Assembly (NCBI GenBank): GCA_963703955.1
Contig: CAVPGK010000005.1
Location: 1-64,000, forward strand
Reading direction: 5' to 3'
Source of the DNA: Nitrospirota bacterium
Lineage (GTDB): Bacteria; Nitrospirota; Nitrospiria; Nitrospirales; Nitrospiraceae
Length of the DNA stretch: 64,000 nucleotides
Shown here: positions 40,845 through 50,607 of the stretch, in pieces
Layout: the number at the start of each line of letters is the position of its first letter
Position numbering within the stretch: position 1 is the first letter of the stretch
Position numbers and translations under genes: made by a program
The notes under the pieces: generated by a model
Told to the model about the DNA's origin: nothing
What the model saw: the letters and a program-made list of their open reading frames with translations, nothing else
Databases searched by the model: none

Positions 40845-41875
40845 CGGGTCTTTCTCCTTCTACGTGCAAGCATCGCTGCAAGTGTAATGGCCTCGATCAG
40901 ACTGCCGGGATCCGCGACGCCTTTTCCCACAATATCGTAGGCAGTACCGTGGTCCACGGACGTGCGGATGATTGGGAGCCCCACGGTCAGATTCACGCAC
41001 TTTCCGAAAGCGACCAGCTTCAGCGGGATCAACCCCTGATCGTGATACATCGCCACGACGCAGTCATAGTCGCCGCGTACCGCCTTCCCGAACAAAGTGT
41101 CGGCGGGAAGTGGGTCGCTGGCCAGAATCCCCGCGCGTCGGGCTTGACGGGAAGCCGGTGAGATGATCTCGCGCTCCTCGTCTCCGAATAAGCCGGATTC
41201 TCCGGCATGAGGGTTCAGCGCGGCCACTCCGATCCGCGGTTGAGCCACTCCGAAATACTCCCGCAAACCTCGCGTCGCCAGTCGAATCGCCTGTAGCACC
41301 CGATCCGTGGTGAGCGTGTCCGAGAGATTCCTAATCGCCACATGGGTCGTGGTGAACATGATCTTCAGTGGCCCCCCGAGGATCATCATGCCGCTTTCTT
41401 CGCTGTTGGTCAAAGCCGCTAAGAGCTCCGTGTGACCGGGATAGTGACAGCCGGCCAGATTGATCGCTTCCTTATTAATGGGGCCAGTGACGATTGCGTC
41501 CACGCACCCGGCTTGCGCCAGACGAACTGCCGTCTCGATAAATGCTACCGACGCCGCGCCGGTTTTCTCAGCCACCACGCCTGCTCTGAACTTGCCCAGC
41601 GGGCGTTCCAGTGGGTCCAGAACCGGTACCTCGACAGACGATCCCCATGACTGGGTGTGTTCGTGGACCGTGACCATCCGCAGTCGGAGCCTGAGAGACC
41701 GCACGGTTTCCTCCATGACCGGCCTCGACCCGATCACGATCGGACGACAGAGCTCACGGACAGCTCGGCGCGCGAGCGCCTTCGCGATCACCTCCGGCCC
41801 GATTCCCGCGGGATCTCCCATGGTGAGCCCAAGAATCGGACGGTTGTTCTCGTGGTGTGAACGATTACGCGCCAT
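40841..41875 (-). CDS. pdxA: 4-hydroxythreonine-4-phosphate dehydrogenase
   Basis: TMGDPAGIGPE, PGHTE, LNPHAGE, MYHDQG, RTSVDHGTA. Confidence 0.96.
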   Translation of the reverse strand: MARNRSHHENNRPILGLTMGDPAGIGPEVIAKALARRAVRELCRPIVIGSRPVMEETVRSLRLRLRMVTVHEHTQSWGSSVEVPVLDPLERPLGKFRAGVVAEKTGAASVAFIETAVRLAQAGCVDAIVTGPINKEAINLAGCHYPGHTELLAALTNSEESGMMILGGPLKIMFTTTHVAIRNLSDTLTTDRVLQAIRLATRGLREYFGVAQPRIGVAALNPHAGESGLFGDEEREIISPASRQARRAGILASDPLPADTLFGKAVRGDYDCVVAMYHDQGLIPLKLVAFGKCVNLTVGLPIIRTSVDHGTAYDIVGKGVADPGSLIEAITLAAMLARRRRKTR

Positions 41876-42866
41876 AGAGGTATACGATGAAAAATCCTAC
41901 GTAAAGAAGGGCGGAGGTGCCCAGAAGCCACGGTCTCCAGTGCCCGCCTCCGAGCAGTTGAATAAGGCTCAACCCCACAGCGCCCAGCGCGAGCCCCATC
42001 GTGGCCAGACCCGACGGCTCCAGATTCCAACTGGTCCCGACGAGCCCGACGGAGACTGGGAACGTTCCCTGAAAGACCATGGCCCCGGTGACATTGCCCA
42101 CCGCAAGTGTGTCCTTTCGCTGGTACAGCCACAGGAAGCTGTTCGACATTTCCGGCAGTTCGGTGGCCAGCGGCGCGATGACCAGGGCCAGGAGCAGAGG
42201 GGACACAGCCAATTCAGTTGACAAGGATTTCGCCGCCGTCACAAACAGATGCGCGCCGCCCACGAGTGCAAGCAAACCGATCACGCCTTGGACCCCGATC
42301 ATCACATAGGAGGGCACAGTCGATTTCGGAGTAAAGATCAACGGAGCAAGGCCCGTCTCTCCTTCCACCTCCGATGAGAATTTCAATTTGATGTACACGC
42401 CATACAGCAGCAGTAAGAGGATGGCCACGGCATACCGGATCACCGGATTCGACACGAACACGCAGGCGAGAGCCAATCCGTAGGCGACGAGAAAAAACTG
42501 AAGATCGATGCGGACCTCCCGATAGTCCAACACAAAGGAGGCGTGGCGTTTTCCCATCTTCGCATACAAGACCAGCAGCCCGGCCAAAATCGGCAGCACA
42601 AGCGTACTGAGCATGAATGGCGCGCCCAGGATGGCCCCGAGCCCGACGTCGGTCCTCTCCTGTCCGGACCCGAAGAAAATGGCGATAATGGGAATCGACG
42701 TTTCCGGCAGGGTCGTGCCGACCGCGGCAAGAATGCTTCCGACCGCTCCCTCGGGGACCTTGAGCCGCTTGCCCAGCCATTCAATGCCGTTGGTAAAGAG
42801 CGCGCAGCCTCCCAGCGTGACGACGACTGAGGCAAGGAACAACAAGACATAGTACAGGACCGTCAC
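41865..42866 (-). CDS. Sodium:calcium (CaCA) antiporter
   Basis: Alpha repeats AVGTTLPET and PLATELPEM, GNVTGA; GTG start inferred. Confidence 0.88.
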   Translation of the reverse strand: MTVLYYVLLFLASVVVTLGGCALFTNGIEWLGKRLKVPEGAVGSILAAVGTTLPETSIPIIAIFFGSGQERTDVGLGAILGAPFMLSTLVLPILAGLLVLYAKMGKRHASFVLDYREVRIDLQFFLVAYGLALACVFVSNPVIRYAVAILLLLLYGVYIKLKFSSEVEGETGLAPLIFTPKSTVPSYVMIGVQGVIGLLALVGGAHLFVTAAKSLSTELAVSPLLLALVIAPLATELPEMSNSFLWLYQRKDTLAVGNVTGAMVFQGTFPVSVGLVGTSWNLEPSGLATMGLALGAVGLSLIQLLGGGHWRPWLLGTSALLYVGFFIVYLYGA

Positions 42867-42921
42867 GATCGCTCCATGAGCGATAAGGCAACATGAAAAA
42901 TCCCAAATGAAAAAGTTCGAC

Positions 42922-44146
42922 TCATGATTTTGCCTTTGGCATTTTGCCTTTGGCATTTTGCCTTTGGCCTCGCGCTTGCTTGCGGTAAGCAAGCGCCGCT
43001 TCTTCCATGATTTCGCGGATCGGCCGGCCGGTTTGTTGCGCGATCCGTTTGCAATCCGCGTATTCAGGCGCCGCCTTGCTGCGGCCCTGCCCCAGATCGG
43101 CGACCTTTACGCGGACGGATCCCTGTGTGGTCCGCACCTGTTCGATCCTTCGGGGAAGGACGCGGCGGGACATTTCCTGCATCCTGACGCCCAGCGTACT
43201 TGTGTCTCGCAGGATCACGTCTGCCACTCCCTGCGCCTGAGCGGGAGATGCGAGGGCAGCGAGCACAATGCCCGGCCTACCCTGTTTCATGATCACGGGG
43301 GTGAGCGTCACATCCACCGCGCCGGCGGCAAAGAGTCGTTCCATGATCGTGTCATAGGCCTGAGGATTCAGGTCGTCCAGGTTTGTCTCGATCTGAACGA
43401 TCGACTCACTCTCGCGGGACGCGGCGACGACATCGGCCACAAAGATTCGCAGCACATTCGGCCATTCTCCGGTGTCCGCCGCGCCGGCGCCGTGTCCGAT
43501 GGCGGTCGGACGCATAAGGGGGAGTGGAACGAACTCTTTGACCAGCGTCCTCAGCAGCGCGATCCCGGTCGGCGTTGTCAACTCGCGGGCTGGACCGGCG
43601 CTGTAGATCGGGATGCCGCACGCCATGGCGGCCACTGCGGGACCCGGCGCCGGAAGCTTGCCGTGAGAGGAATCGATCATGCCGGAGCCAAGGTTCACAG
43701 CGCGATGCGGTCATCCGTTTGACGCCGAGGAGATGGCAGCCCAAGAGCGATCCAATGACGTCGACGAAGGAATCGACGACACCAACCTCATGAAACAACA
43801 CGTCCGAGGGCTTGACGCGATGGGCGAGTCCTTCCGCCTTCGTCAGGCGCTCGAACACGTCACGGCTCTGCTCTTTGACCGTCGCCGGCACCCGGCTGGC
43901 GGCGATGATACGATGGATGCGGCGGAGTGAAAACGGAGACCGGAACCCGTGGCGAATGACGACATCCACCTTCGTGGCATGCAAGTCGCCACGCGTGACC
44001 TGCGTGGAACGCAGGCGATAACCTTGGACCGGAACGTCTTTGAGCGCGCGGACCAACTCCTTGAACGGCAGACCGGCGTCAACCAGCGCGCCGAGTATCA
44101 TATCCCCGCTGATTCCGGAAAAGCAGTCGAAGTGAAGCCGGGTCAC
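42922..44146 (-). CDS. larC: Nickel-insertion protein LarC; +1 frameshift near 43703
   Basis: DCFSGISGDM, FHEVG..DS..D, PAP, ELTTPTG, ETNLDD, MKQGRPG, PEYADC. Confidence 0.9.
42927..42968. repeat. (ATTTTGCCTTTGGC)x3 tandem repeat in the larC 3' end
   Basis: Three perfect 14-mers (paired heptamers). Confidence 0.95.
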
Positions 44147-44418
44147 GAGGCCTCTTTCATAACGTCGCAGTGAGCGTGGCGTCCGTGATCATAACGTAAG
44201 GCATTGGCTCGCAGCAATCGCGGGGGCCATGATTCACCGTCTCATGTTTATGTCAAGGTGAGAGCACCATGGCTGAAAGATCGTGCCTTGTTTGACAGTA
44301 AGACCCCTCTGTGATATCCACACATACGAGGACGTTGTTTTTCGTATCCGAGCAAACCGATGCCCCATTGTTTCTGCGGTTTATCAAGTCATCCAGTCAA
44401 TTGTGAGAGTGGCCTGCC

Positions 44419-44958
44419 TTGTTAGCACAGCGGCCGACTTTCACCTCTTTTCTTTCGGCCGTCCTGCTGACAGGCCTCGTTTTGGTGTCAGCTTTCCAGG
44501 CGGAGGTTGAAGCGGCGAAGCGCAAGTCCGTTCCGGTCACTCCACCGGACCTGCGCATTGTCACCGTGAGCGCGTTACCCGATCCCTACAAGCCAGGATC
44601 GGGGGTCGTCGATTTCAACATCGAGGTGGAATTGCCGAAGGAGGTCGGTCAAGGCACCCTGCTGGAAGTCTCCTCCCTGGTTAGTTCTCCGTCGATGAGT
44701 TCGATGCGATTTCTCGCCATCAGGCAGCCTCTATCGCCTGAGTCTTCGGACGTGGCCACAACTATGTCGCAGCCCGGCGCGGTGAAGCCCAGGGTGAGCG
44801 TGACATTGACCTGGGATGGTATGGATCAATCGAAGCAGTTGGCGGAAAGCGGGCGCTACCACTATGAAATCCGCGCCAAGCTGCTGGCAGTCGGCGAGAA
44901 CGGGCCCCGCACACAGATGAATGCCTGGCCCAAACGAGGAACGCTCACGGTTGAATAG
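44419..44958 (+). CDS. Exported beta-rich hypothetical protein (FlgD Ig-like WDG motif)
   Basis: Signal peptide, LTWDGMD..SGRYHY. Confidence 0.7.
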   Translation: MLAQRPTFTSFLSAVLLTGLVLVSAFQAEVEAAKRKSVPVTPPDLRIVTVSALPDPYKPGSGVVDFNIEVELPKEVGQGTLLEVSSLVSSPSMSSMRFLAIRQPLSPESSDVATTMSQPGAVKPRVSVTLTWDGMDQSKQLAESGRYHYEIRAKLLAVGENGPRTQMNAWPKRGTLTVE

Positions 44959-45073
44959 CCGTCGGCGATCAGCTTTCAGTTTTCGGTCAAAATGAAGTCG
45001 TTAGAAGATATCCCCGGCCCACCGCTCCGGCATCTTCGATCTTCCAGAACTCATGCTGAGGATTGATCGCTCC

Positions 45074-45832
45074 TCATGTTCGTGTTCCGCCGAGCACATT
45101 GATCCTGTGCGCAAGACACCCGGCGCCGAAACCATTGTCGATGTTCATGACCCCCACTCCCGCGGCGCAGGAATTGAGCATGGTCAACAGAGCCGCCAGG
45201 CCGCCAAAGCTCGTGCCGTATCCCCGACTGGTAGGCACAGCGATGACTGGGCGATCAACCAGGCCTCCGACCACGCTCGGCAAGACGCCATCCATGCCGG
45301 CGACGACGACAAGGACGCGGGCTTGCAAAAGCCGTTGATGCCGGCTGAGCACGCGATGTAGACCGGCCACGCCCACGTCATAGAGCGTGTCCACACGGCT
45401 CCCCATGACTTCAGCGGTGACTCGCGCTTCCTCGGCCACGGGGACATCCGCCGTGCCGGCCGTCATCACGAGAATCTTACCGGTGAGTTGTGGGAGACGC
45501 TTTTGGATCACCACCACGCGCGCCAACTCATGAAAGACCGCGCGGCGATCCAGGCGGAGCAGCGCCCTGCCGATGTCCGCGTCGGCACGCGTGGCCAACA
45601 GGGATCCGCCCTTTTTCAACAAGCCGCGGGCAATGGCGAGGACCTGTGCCTGTGTCTTGCCTTCACAGAGGATGACCTCCGAGAATCCCTGACGAAGCGA
45701 GCGATGGTGGTCCACCGACGCAAAGCCCAGATCCTCGAAGGGAAGCGTCCGCAACCTATTTAACACCTCCGGGACGCTCGTCTTCCCCTTCTCCAGATCG
45801 ATCAATACTTTCCTGAGCAGATCTCGGTCCAT
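45074..45832 (-). CDS. larB: Nickel-pincer cofactor biosynthesis protein LarB
   Basis: DHHRSLRQG, TAGTAD.PVAEEA, DVGVAGLHR, AGMDG, PTS.GYG, NIDNGFGAG. Confidence 0.95.
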   Translation of the reverse strand: MDRDLLRKVLIDLEKGKTSVPEVLNRLRTLPFEDLGFASVDHHRSLRQGFSEVILCEGKTQAQVLAIARGLLKKGGSLLATRADADIGRALLRLDRRAVFHELARVVVIQKRLPQLTGKILVMTAGTADVPVAEEARVTAEVMGSRVDTLYDVGVAGLHRVLSRHQRLLQARVLVVVAGMDGVLPSVVGGLVDRPVIAVPTSRGYGTSFGGLAALLTMLNSCAAGVGVMNIDNGFGAGCLAHRINVLGGTRT

Positions 45833-45893
45833 CTCTTCAACGACCCCTTCTTAGGGACGACCTGACTGACTCATATCCCCAAATGGCTGTACA

Positions 45894-45985
45894 GGGATGG
45901 TCGGATTGCCCTTCACTGCGCGCGTCCAGCGAGCATAGTCCGATCGTGCGCGCTGCGCGAGCACAAAGGGCAGTCCGACCGTCCC
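45894..45985. repeat. Palindromic repeat with the same core as 34812-34909 but different 20-bp arms
   Basis: GGGATGGTCGGATTGCCCTT / AAGGGCAGTCCGACCGTCCC. Confidence 0.85.
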
Positions 45986-46011
45986 TTCTTTCGATCGATG
46001 TCGTACCTGAG

Positions 46012-47040
46012 TCAGTTTGGTCGGACGTCACCTTCTTCCTTTGCCACCCGTTCCATCAATTCACTGACCGCCTGATGCGGCGGCTTACCGTCAAACAAGA
46101 CCGCGCACACTTCTCCAACAATGGGCATGTCGATCTCATATCGACTCGCCAAGCCGGCCGCTGCTCTCGAGGTCCGGATGCCTTCGGCCACCGCGGTCGT
46201 TTCCTTCAAGATGTCGGCCAGACGCTCGCCTTGGCCGAGGCGAACGCCGACCGTGTAGTTGCGGCTCAACGGCCCTGTGCAGGTCAGCACGAGATCTCCG
46301 ATGCCGGACAATCCATAAAACGTTCGTGTTTCGGCGCCCATCGCATGGCCCAATCGAATCATTTCGGCCAATCCCCGTGTGATGAGAGCGGCGCGAGCGT
46401 TGTGGCCGAGCCGGAGACCGTCCACGACCCCGGCGGCGACGGCCATGACATTCTTCAACGCACCGCCGAGCTGCACTCCGACCACATCGGACCCGGCGTA
46501 GACTCTCAGGAGCGGCGTCATCAGCAGTGTTTGGAGTCGTCGAATCAGGTCCGCGTCCTCGCCGGCCAGGACGACGGCGGTCGGGCGGCCCCTACACACT
46601 TCGAGCGCGAAGCTGGGCCCAGAAAGAAAAGCCAACGAGCGATGCATAGGCGAAGCCAACGTCTCGCCCATCACCTCCGACATAAGTTTCAATGTGTCTT
46701 CTTCGATTCCTTTCGTCGCACTGATCAGCGGAATACACTGAGTGACGAGTGGGGCCAACTCCATGAGGACCGAACGGGCGGCATGTGAAGGCACCGCAAA
46801 GATGACAAGAGCAACCAGCTCGATCGCTTCGGTCAGCGAGCCCGTCGGGGTCAGCGAGACGGGAAGGGAAATGCCGGGCAGGAATAGGCTGTTCTCATGG
46901 CGGCGTTGGATGCTCTCCACAACCTCGCGTTCGTAAGCCCAGAGGCGGACCGGCAGGCCCTTGAGCGCGAGATGGCGTGCCAACGTGGTCCCCCACGCTC
47001 CCGCTCCAATGACGGCGACTTGTTGAACGGGCTGTTCCAT
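46012..47040 (-). CDS. gpsA: NAD(P)H-dependent glycerol-3-phosphate dehydrogenase
   Basis: GAGAWGT, ATKGIE, LSGPSFA, GGALKNV, GDLVLTC..SRN. Confidence 0.97.
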   Translation of the reverse strand: MEQPVQQVAVIGAGAWGTTLARHLALKGLPVRLWAYEREVVESIQRRHENSLFLPGISLPVSLTPTGSLTEAIELVALVIFAVPSHAARSVLMELAPLVTQCIPLISATKGIEEDTLKLMSEVMGETLASPMHRSLAFLSGPSFALEVCRGRPTAVVLAGEDADLIRRLQTLLMTPLLRVYAGSDVVGVQLGGALKNVMAVAAGVVDGLRLGHNARAALITRGLAEMIRLGHAMGAETRTFYGLSGIGDLVLTCTGPLSRNYTVGVRLGQGERLADILKETTAVAEGIRTSRAAAGLASRYEIDMPIVGEVCAVLFDGKPPHQAVSELMERVAKEEGDVRPN

Positions 47041-47210
47041 AGTCGTAACAGTAATGAGGCTGCGGGATTATAGAAACCGTCGGCGCTGGTGTCAAAGAAT
47101 GACTTTCTCAGGAAAAGGGTTCTTGGAAATGAGATTCGACTGGAAACACGATGTGTTTAGCGGTAGGCTCCAGAGAGCAAACAGCCGCTATTCTCACTTC
47201 TCGGTAGAGT

Positions 47211-47612
47211 GTGACGAGGATGATCTGTCCGGCCTGCAGCCAGCAACTCGCGGAGGAGAGCCGATTCTGCACGCGATGCGGAAGGCCCGTGGGAACCGAC
47301 GCTCAACTCAGATCAACGTACGCCGGCATCGCCGCAAACGGTCACGAGGTGGAGGATATGAACATGACGGCTCTGTACGTCATGGTGGCCGCGTTGATCC
47401 TGGCTGTTCTCTTCCCTCCCTGGGAGACACCGCCTGGCCGGCCGCCGGAATTTCTCGGCTTTCACTTCATTCTGAATCCGCCGGAAATCGGCGCGGATGA
47501 AAGCGGTGGAGGGGGAGTCGTCAGCCGGCTCCTCATCACGATCGAATTGGTCACCATTGTGGTGGCGGGATTCTACCTCTCGTGGCTCTTCCGGAAAAAA
47601 GCGCGGATGTAA
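47211..47612 (+). CDS. Zinc-ribbon membrane protein
   Basis: CPAC..SRFCTRCG plus two TMs. Confidence 0.75.
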   Translation: MTRMICPACSQQLAEESRFCTRCGRPVGTDAQLRSTYAGIAANGHEVEDMNMTALYVMVAALILAVLFPPWETPPGRPPEFLGFHFILNPPEIGADESGGGGVVSRLLITIELVTIVVAGFYLSWLFRKKARM

Positions 47613-47762
47613 GAAGTCATGCTGCCGGGACCGATCCCCCTACGTACACGTCCAAACCACCTCACTTTCTAATAAACAGGCCTTGGCGCGCCTGGGGAGA
47701 GGCGGGTGAAATAATCGCGGTGCGTGAGTACGGTGGTCGGCCCGGCTTCCCTCTTCTCCGCC

Positions 47763-48572
47763 TCAATCCAAGGCCAGCGTCAAGCACTTTGCCGAGCCGC
47801 CCGCCTTCATGAATTCGTCCAATCGCAGAGGATGCGGCTCGTACCCCTTCCCGACCAGGAGTTTCATCGTATCCGAACACCCTTCCGGCACGACGACGTG
47901 CTTGCCGACGCAGACTGCGTTACAGGCGAAACGAAGCGCATCAGACTCGGGTACCACCAGTCGGCGGGTCGCATCGATGCGATCCTTGATTACCGTCTGC
48001 GCGTAGGCATCGAACGCCGGAGGGTAATATAACAATTCTCCTCCGCTAAGCGGGCAAAGGCAGGTATCCAGATGGTAGAAGCGGCTGTCTACCAGCTCGA
48101 GGGGGATGATCTGACGCCCGAAGATCTCGCTCAGGCGCGTGTAAGCTCGGATATCGCTTCGCTGACGATAACCGCCGAACCAGACATCCGGAAATCCCAG
48201 TAGATCGCCGGCGCCTTCGAAGTAGAGGCCTTCTTCGAGAAGGATGACTTCATACTGATGCGCTCTGAACCATTGCTCGAAATAGGTTTCCTCGCGTTGC
48301 CGCTCCGGATGCCGGAAGCGGCTGGGGACAGCCCGCCGACCCATCACGGAACCGGCATTCGCGGTAAACACCATGTCGGGAAGTCCAGGAACCGGTGGGA
48401 CCCGCTCTAGCAGGACGCCGATTTCTTGCTCCAACACTTGCATCAAGCCATGCCACTGCGCGCGGGCGCGCTCGGGTTCGGCGGCATTCGAGACACGCAT
48501 CCACGGATTGATTTCATAATCGATGCTGTAATAGTCGGGCGGGCAGACCAGCAGGCGGGTCATGGCTTCCAC
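47763..48572 (-). CDS. Amidinotransferase-fold enzyme resembling the ArgZ/AgrE arginine dihydrolase domain
   Basis: CPPDYY..Y.INPWM, PDMVFTANAG, FEGAGD, FYHLDTC, GGSAKCLTL. Confidence 0.85.
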   Translation of the reverse strand: MEAMTRLLVCPPDYYSIDYEINPWMRVSNAAEPERARAQWHGLMQVLEQEIGVLLERVPPVPGLPDMVFTANAGSVMGRRAVPSRFRHPERQREETYFEQWFRAHQYEVILLEEGLYFEGAGDLLGFPDVWFGGYRQRSDIRAYTRLSEIFGRQIIPLELVDSRFYHLDTCLCPLSGGELLYYPPAFDAYAQTVIKDRIDATRRLVVPESDALRFACNAVCVGKHVVVPEGCSDTMKLLVGKGYEPHPLRLDEFMKAGGSAKCLTLALD

Positions 48573-49801
48573 CCTAACTCGCGGGCCAGCTCACGCAAGA
48601 AAGAGGCTGCGTCCATGACAAGACCTACGGCTTGAAAACTACCGCGGTCGGCGAGCTTGGTCGGAACGGCGGGATTGACGTCCACGCACACGGTCGGGAC
48701 GGTCGCCGGCAAGAGATTTCCGGTAGCGATAGAATGGAGCGTAGACGCGACGAGAAGCGCCAGCCCGACTCCCGGCAGAGCGGCTCGCATCGCATCCTGC
48801 GCGGCGATTGAGTCGGTGATTACACCGGGCAGGGGGCCGTCGTCGCGGATCGTTCCCGCCATGACCAGATGAACGCGCCGGCGGACACAGGCCGCCATGA
48901 TCCCTTGCGTGATCACGCCGGTCTCAACGGCACGTTGAATGCTGCCGATGGCCCGGATGCGATTGATGGTCCGCAGGTGATGCTCGTGGCCGTGCGGCAC
49001 CGCGCGACCGGCCGCGAGGCCGAATCCCAATGTCGTGCCGAAGAGATGGGCTTCCATGTCGTGAGCCGCCAAGGCATTGCCGCAGAAGAGCACATGAATG
49101 AACCCGGATTCAATGAGCCAGGTGAGCGCTTCACGCCCACCCGAATGAATAATGGCGGGACCACCAGCCAGTAAGACTTTGCCGCCTTTCTGATCATGCA
49201 GCGCCTGCATCCGGCGCCCAATATCGGCGATCAGCGGCCCGTGAGGGCGTTCTGCGGAGACGTGCGATTCCATGAAAGCGAACGCATCGCGCTCACGGGG
49301 GCGCTTCAGGGGCATCACTCGGATGCCGTCTCTGCCGGTAACAATGAGATCGCCTTTCTTCACGGCGCCCATCGACACCGCGCGCGCAGCGGTATGCTTC
49401 GGATTCGTACGGATCGCCAAATCCATCTCAATCGCATCCACATCAATCCAGTGTCCGCCAAAACGAACCTGAGTCGGCAAATGCGTGCTCGCGTAGAACT
49501 GATCCGGGAGAATTCCATCCGCAGGTGCCGGTTCCACCCTGCAGTCCGATTCCCGTTCGATGGTTGCGCCGTGCGGTTGGATGGCCTCAAGAATTTCAGC
49601 CAGGAGCGAAGTGGACGGCGCATGCACCACGATCTTGGCGCGGGACGGCTCTTCGCGGGTGGCGCCGATGCGGACTTCGTGAAGATCGAACGTGCCGCCC
49701 ATCATATGAATGGTATCCAGCACTTTCGCCAAGATCAGCGAATCGATGATGTGTCCACTCAGCAGAATGGTTTCTTGAGCGGCGGCCATTAGCGACCTCA
49801 A
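48560..49801 (-). CDS. TIGR00300-like protein resembling the C-terminal ornithine cyclodeaminase part of ArgZ/AgrE
   Basis: SGHIIDS, FY.STH.PT, EMD, GNALAAHD.E, AGTIRDDGPLP, LHSIATGN, KLADRGS.Q. Confidence 0.85.
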   Translation of the reverse strand: MRSLMAAAQETILLSGHIIDSLILAKVLDTIHMMGGTFDLHEVRIGATREEPSRAKIVVHAPSTSLLAEILEAIQPHGATIERESDCRVEPAPADGILPDQFYASTHLPTQVRFGGHWIDVDAIEMDLAIRTNPKHTAARAVSMGAVKKGDLIVTGRDGIRVMPLKRPRERDAFAFMESHVSAERPHGPLIADIGRRMQALHDQKGGKVLLAGGPAIIHSGGREALTWLIESGFIHVLFCGNALAAHDMEAHLFGTTLGFGLAAGRAVPHGHEHHLRTINRIRAIGSIQRAVETGVITQGIMAACVRRRVHLVMAGTIRDDGPLPGVITDSIAAQDAMRAALPGVGLALLVASTLHSIATGNLLPATVPTVCVDVNPAVPTKLADRGSFQAVGLVMDAASFLRELARELGWKP

Positions 49802-49932
49802 GTGGGTTCAGGTTCCGAGCTCTCTCGATATGATACCACGTCGCCGATTTTATCTGCGGTGGCTGTCGAGGGTCATGGACGCCACAGAGGGGAAGGTCTA
49901 TTGAGAAAAGTCAGTGGAACGAAGAGGGCAAT

Positions 49933-49964
49933 AAAAAGGGGAGGTCGCCATCGGCGATCTCCCC
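49933..49964 (-). terminator. Intrinsic terminator
   Basis: Minus strand GGGGAGATCGCC-GAT-GGCGACCTCCCC-TTTTT, 20 bp after the stop. Confidence 0.85.
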
Positions 49965-49984
49965 CGTCAATTTCAGCATTGATG

Positions 49985-50353
49985 TTACTGAATGACCCGA
50001 TCAGCTCCGATCTTCGTCGCAGAGCCCACCGGCGGTTCAATCTTGATCTGGGGACCCTGCACCTTCGGCAGTTGACCTGCTCCCTGCTTTTCAACCAGTC
50101 GCTGATTATTCTCATCCTTGAGGTTCTGCACCGTGTAATTGTCCGTCGCATCACTGGATTGGACAAGGGCCTTCTCGCCACCGGCGTTCGTCTGACCCGA
50201 ATCATTCGCCAAGGGCTGGCCAGTGACCGGGCTCACCGCGTTCCCGCCTGGATAACCAGGGTGCTTAGGGAGCAAGGCCGGATTCGCAAGCGCGAGCGAA
50301 AGTGAGAAGAACACGACACCGAATCCTGCAATAGTGCCGATAAGTGTCTTCAT
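49985..50353 (-). CDS. Small secreted hypothetical protein
   Basis: Signal peptide ALA-NP, AGGAG RBS, own terminator. Confidence 0.8.
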   Translation of the reverse strand: MKTLIGTIAGFGVVFFSLSLALANPALLPKHPGYPGGNAVSPVTGQPLANDSGQTNAGGEKALVQSSDATDNYTVQNLKDENNQRLVEKQGAGQLPKVQGPQIKIEPPVGSATKIGADRVIQ

Positions 50354-50527
50354 GACAGGACTCCTTTGTAGGAAATAATTGTGAAAGAGACCTTCTAGGC
50401 CCTATAAGGCGGGAATATTAGACGCCTCCGATGACACTGTCAAGTATGGCCCTCTCCCAAAAACTGGCATCGGTCCTCTTTGACTTTTCGACGTGTTTAT
50501 CTCTCCCGCACCTTTACATCAAGAGGG

Positions 50528-50599
50528 TGGTTGGAGTGGGTTCCATCGCACTTTCTTCATGTGCGCGGTGCGCGAGCACGGAGCGTACCCCAACGACCT
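50528..50599. repeat. Shorter degenerate copy of the palindromic repeat family
   Basis: Core GTGCGCGGTGCGCGAGCAC inside imperfect arms. Confidence 0.55.
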
Positions 50600-50607
50600 C
50601 GACCCGC

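Noticed and set aside
42927..42968. CRISPR array
   Set aside because: Contiguous 14-mers with no spacers and no cas genes
42922..45832. larB and larC without larA or larE as a novel pathway
   Set aside because: Dispersed lar genes are common, and the partners may lie outside the window
45837..46031. 64-aa ORF reading through the palindromic repeat in the same frame as in lolA
   Set aside because: Mostly repeat-derived and overlaps the gpsA end; not supportable as a gene
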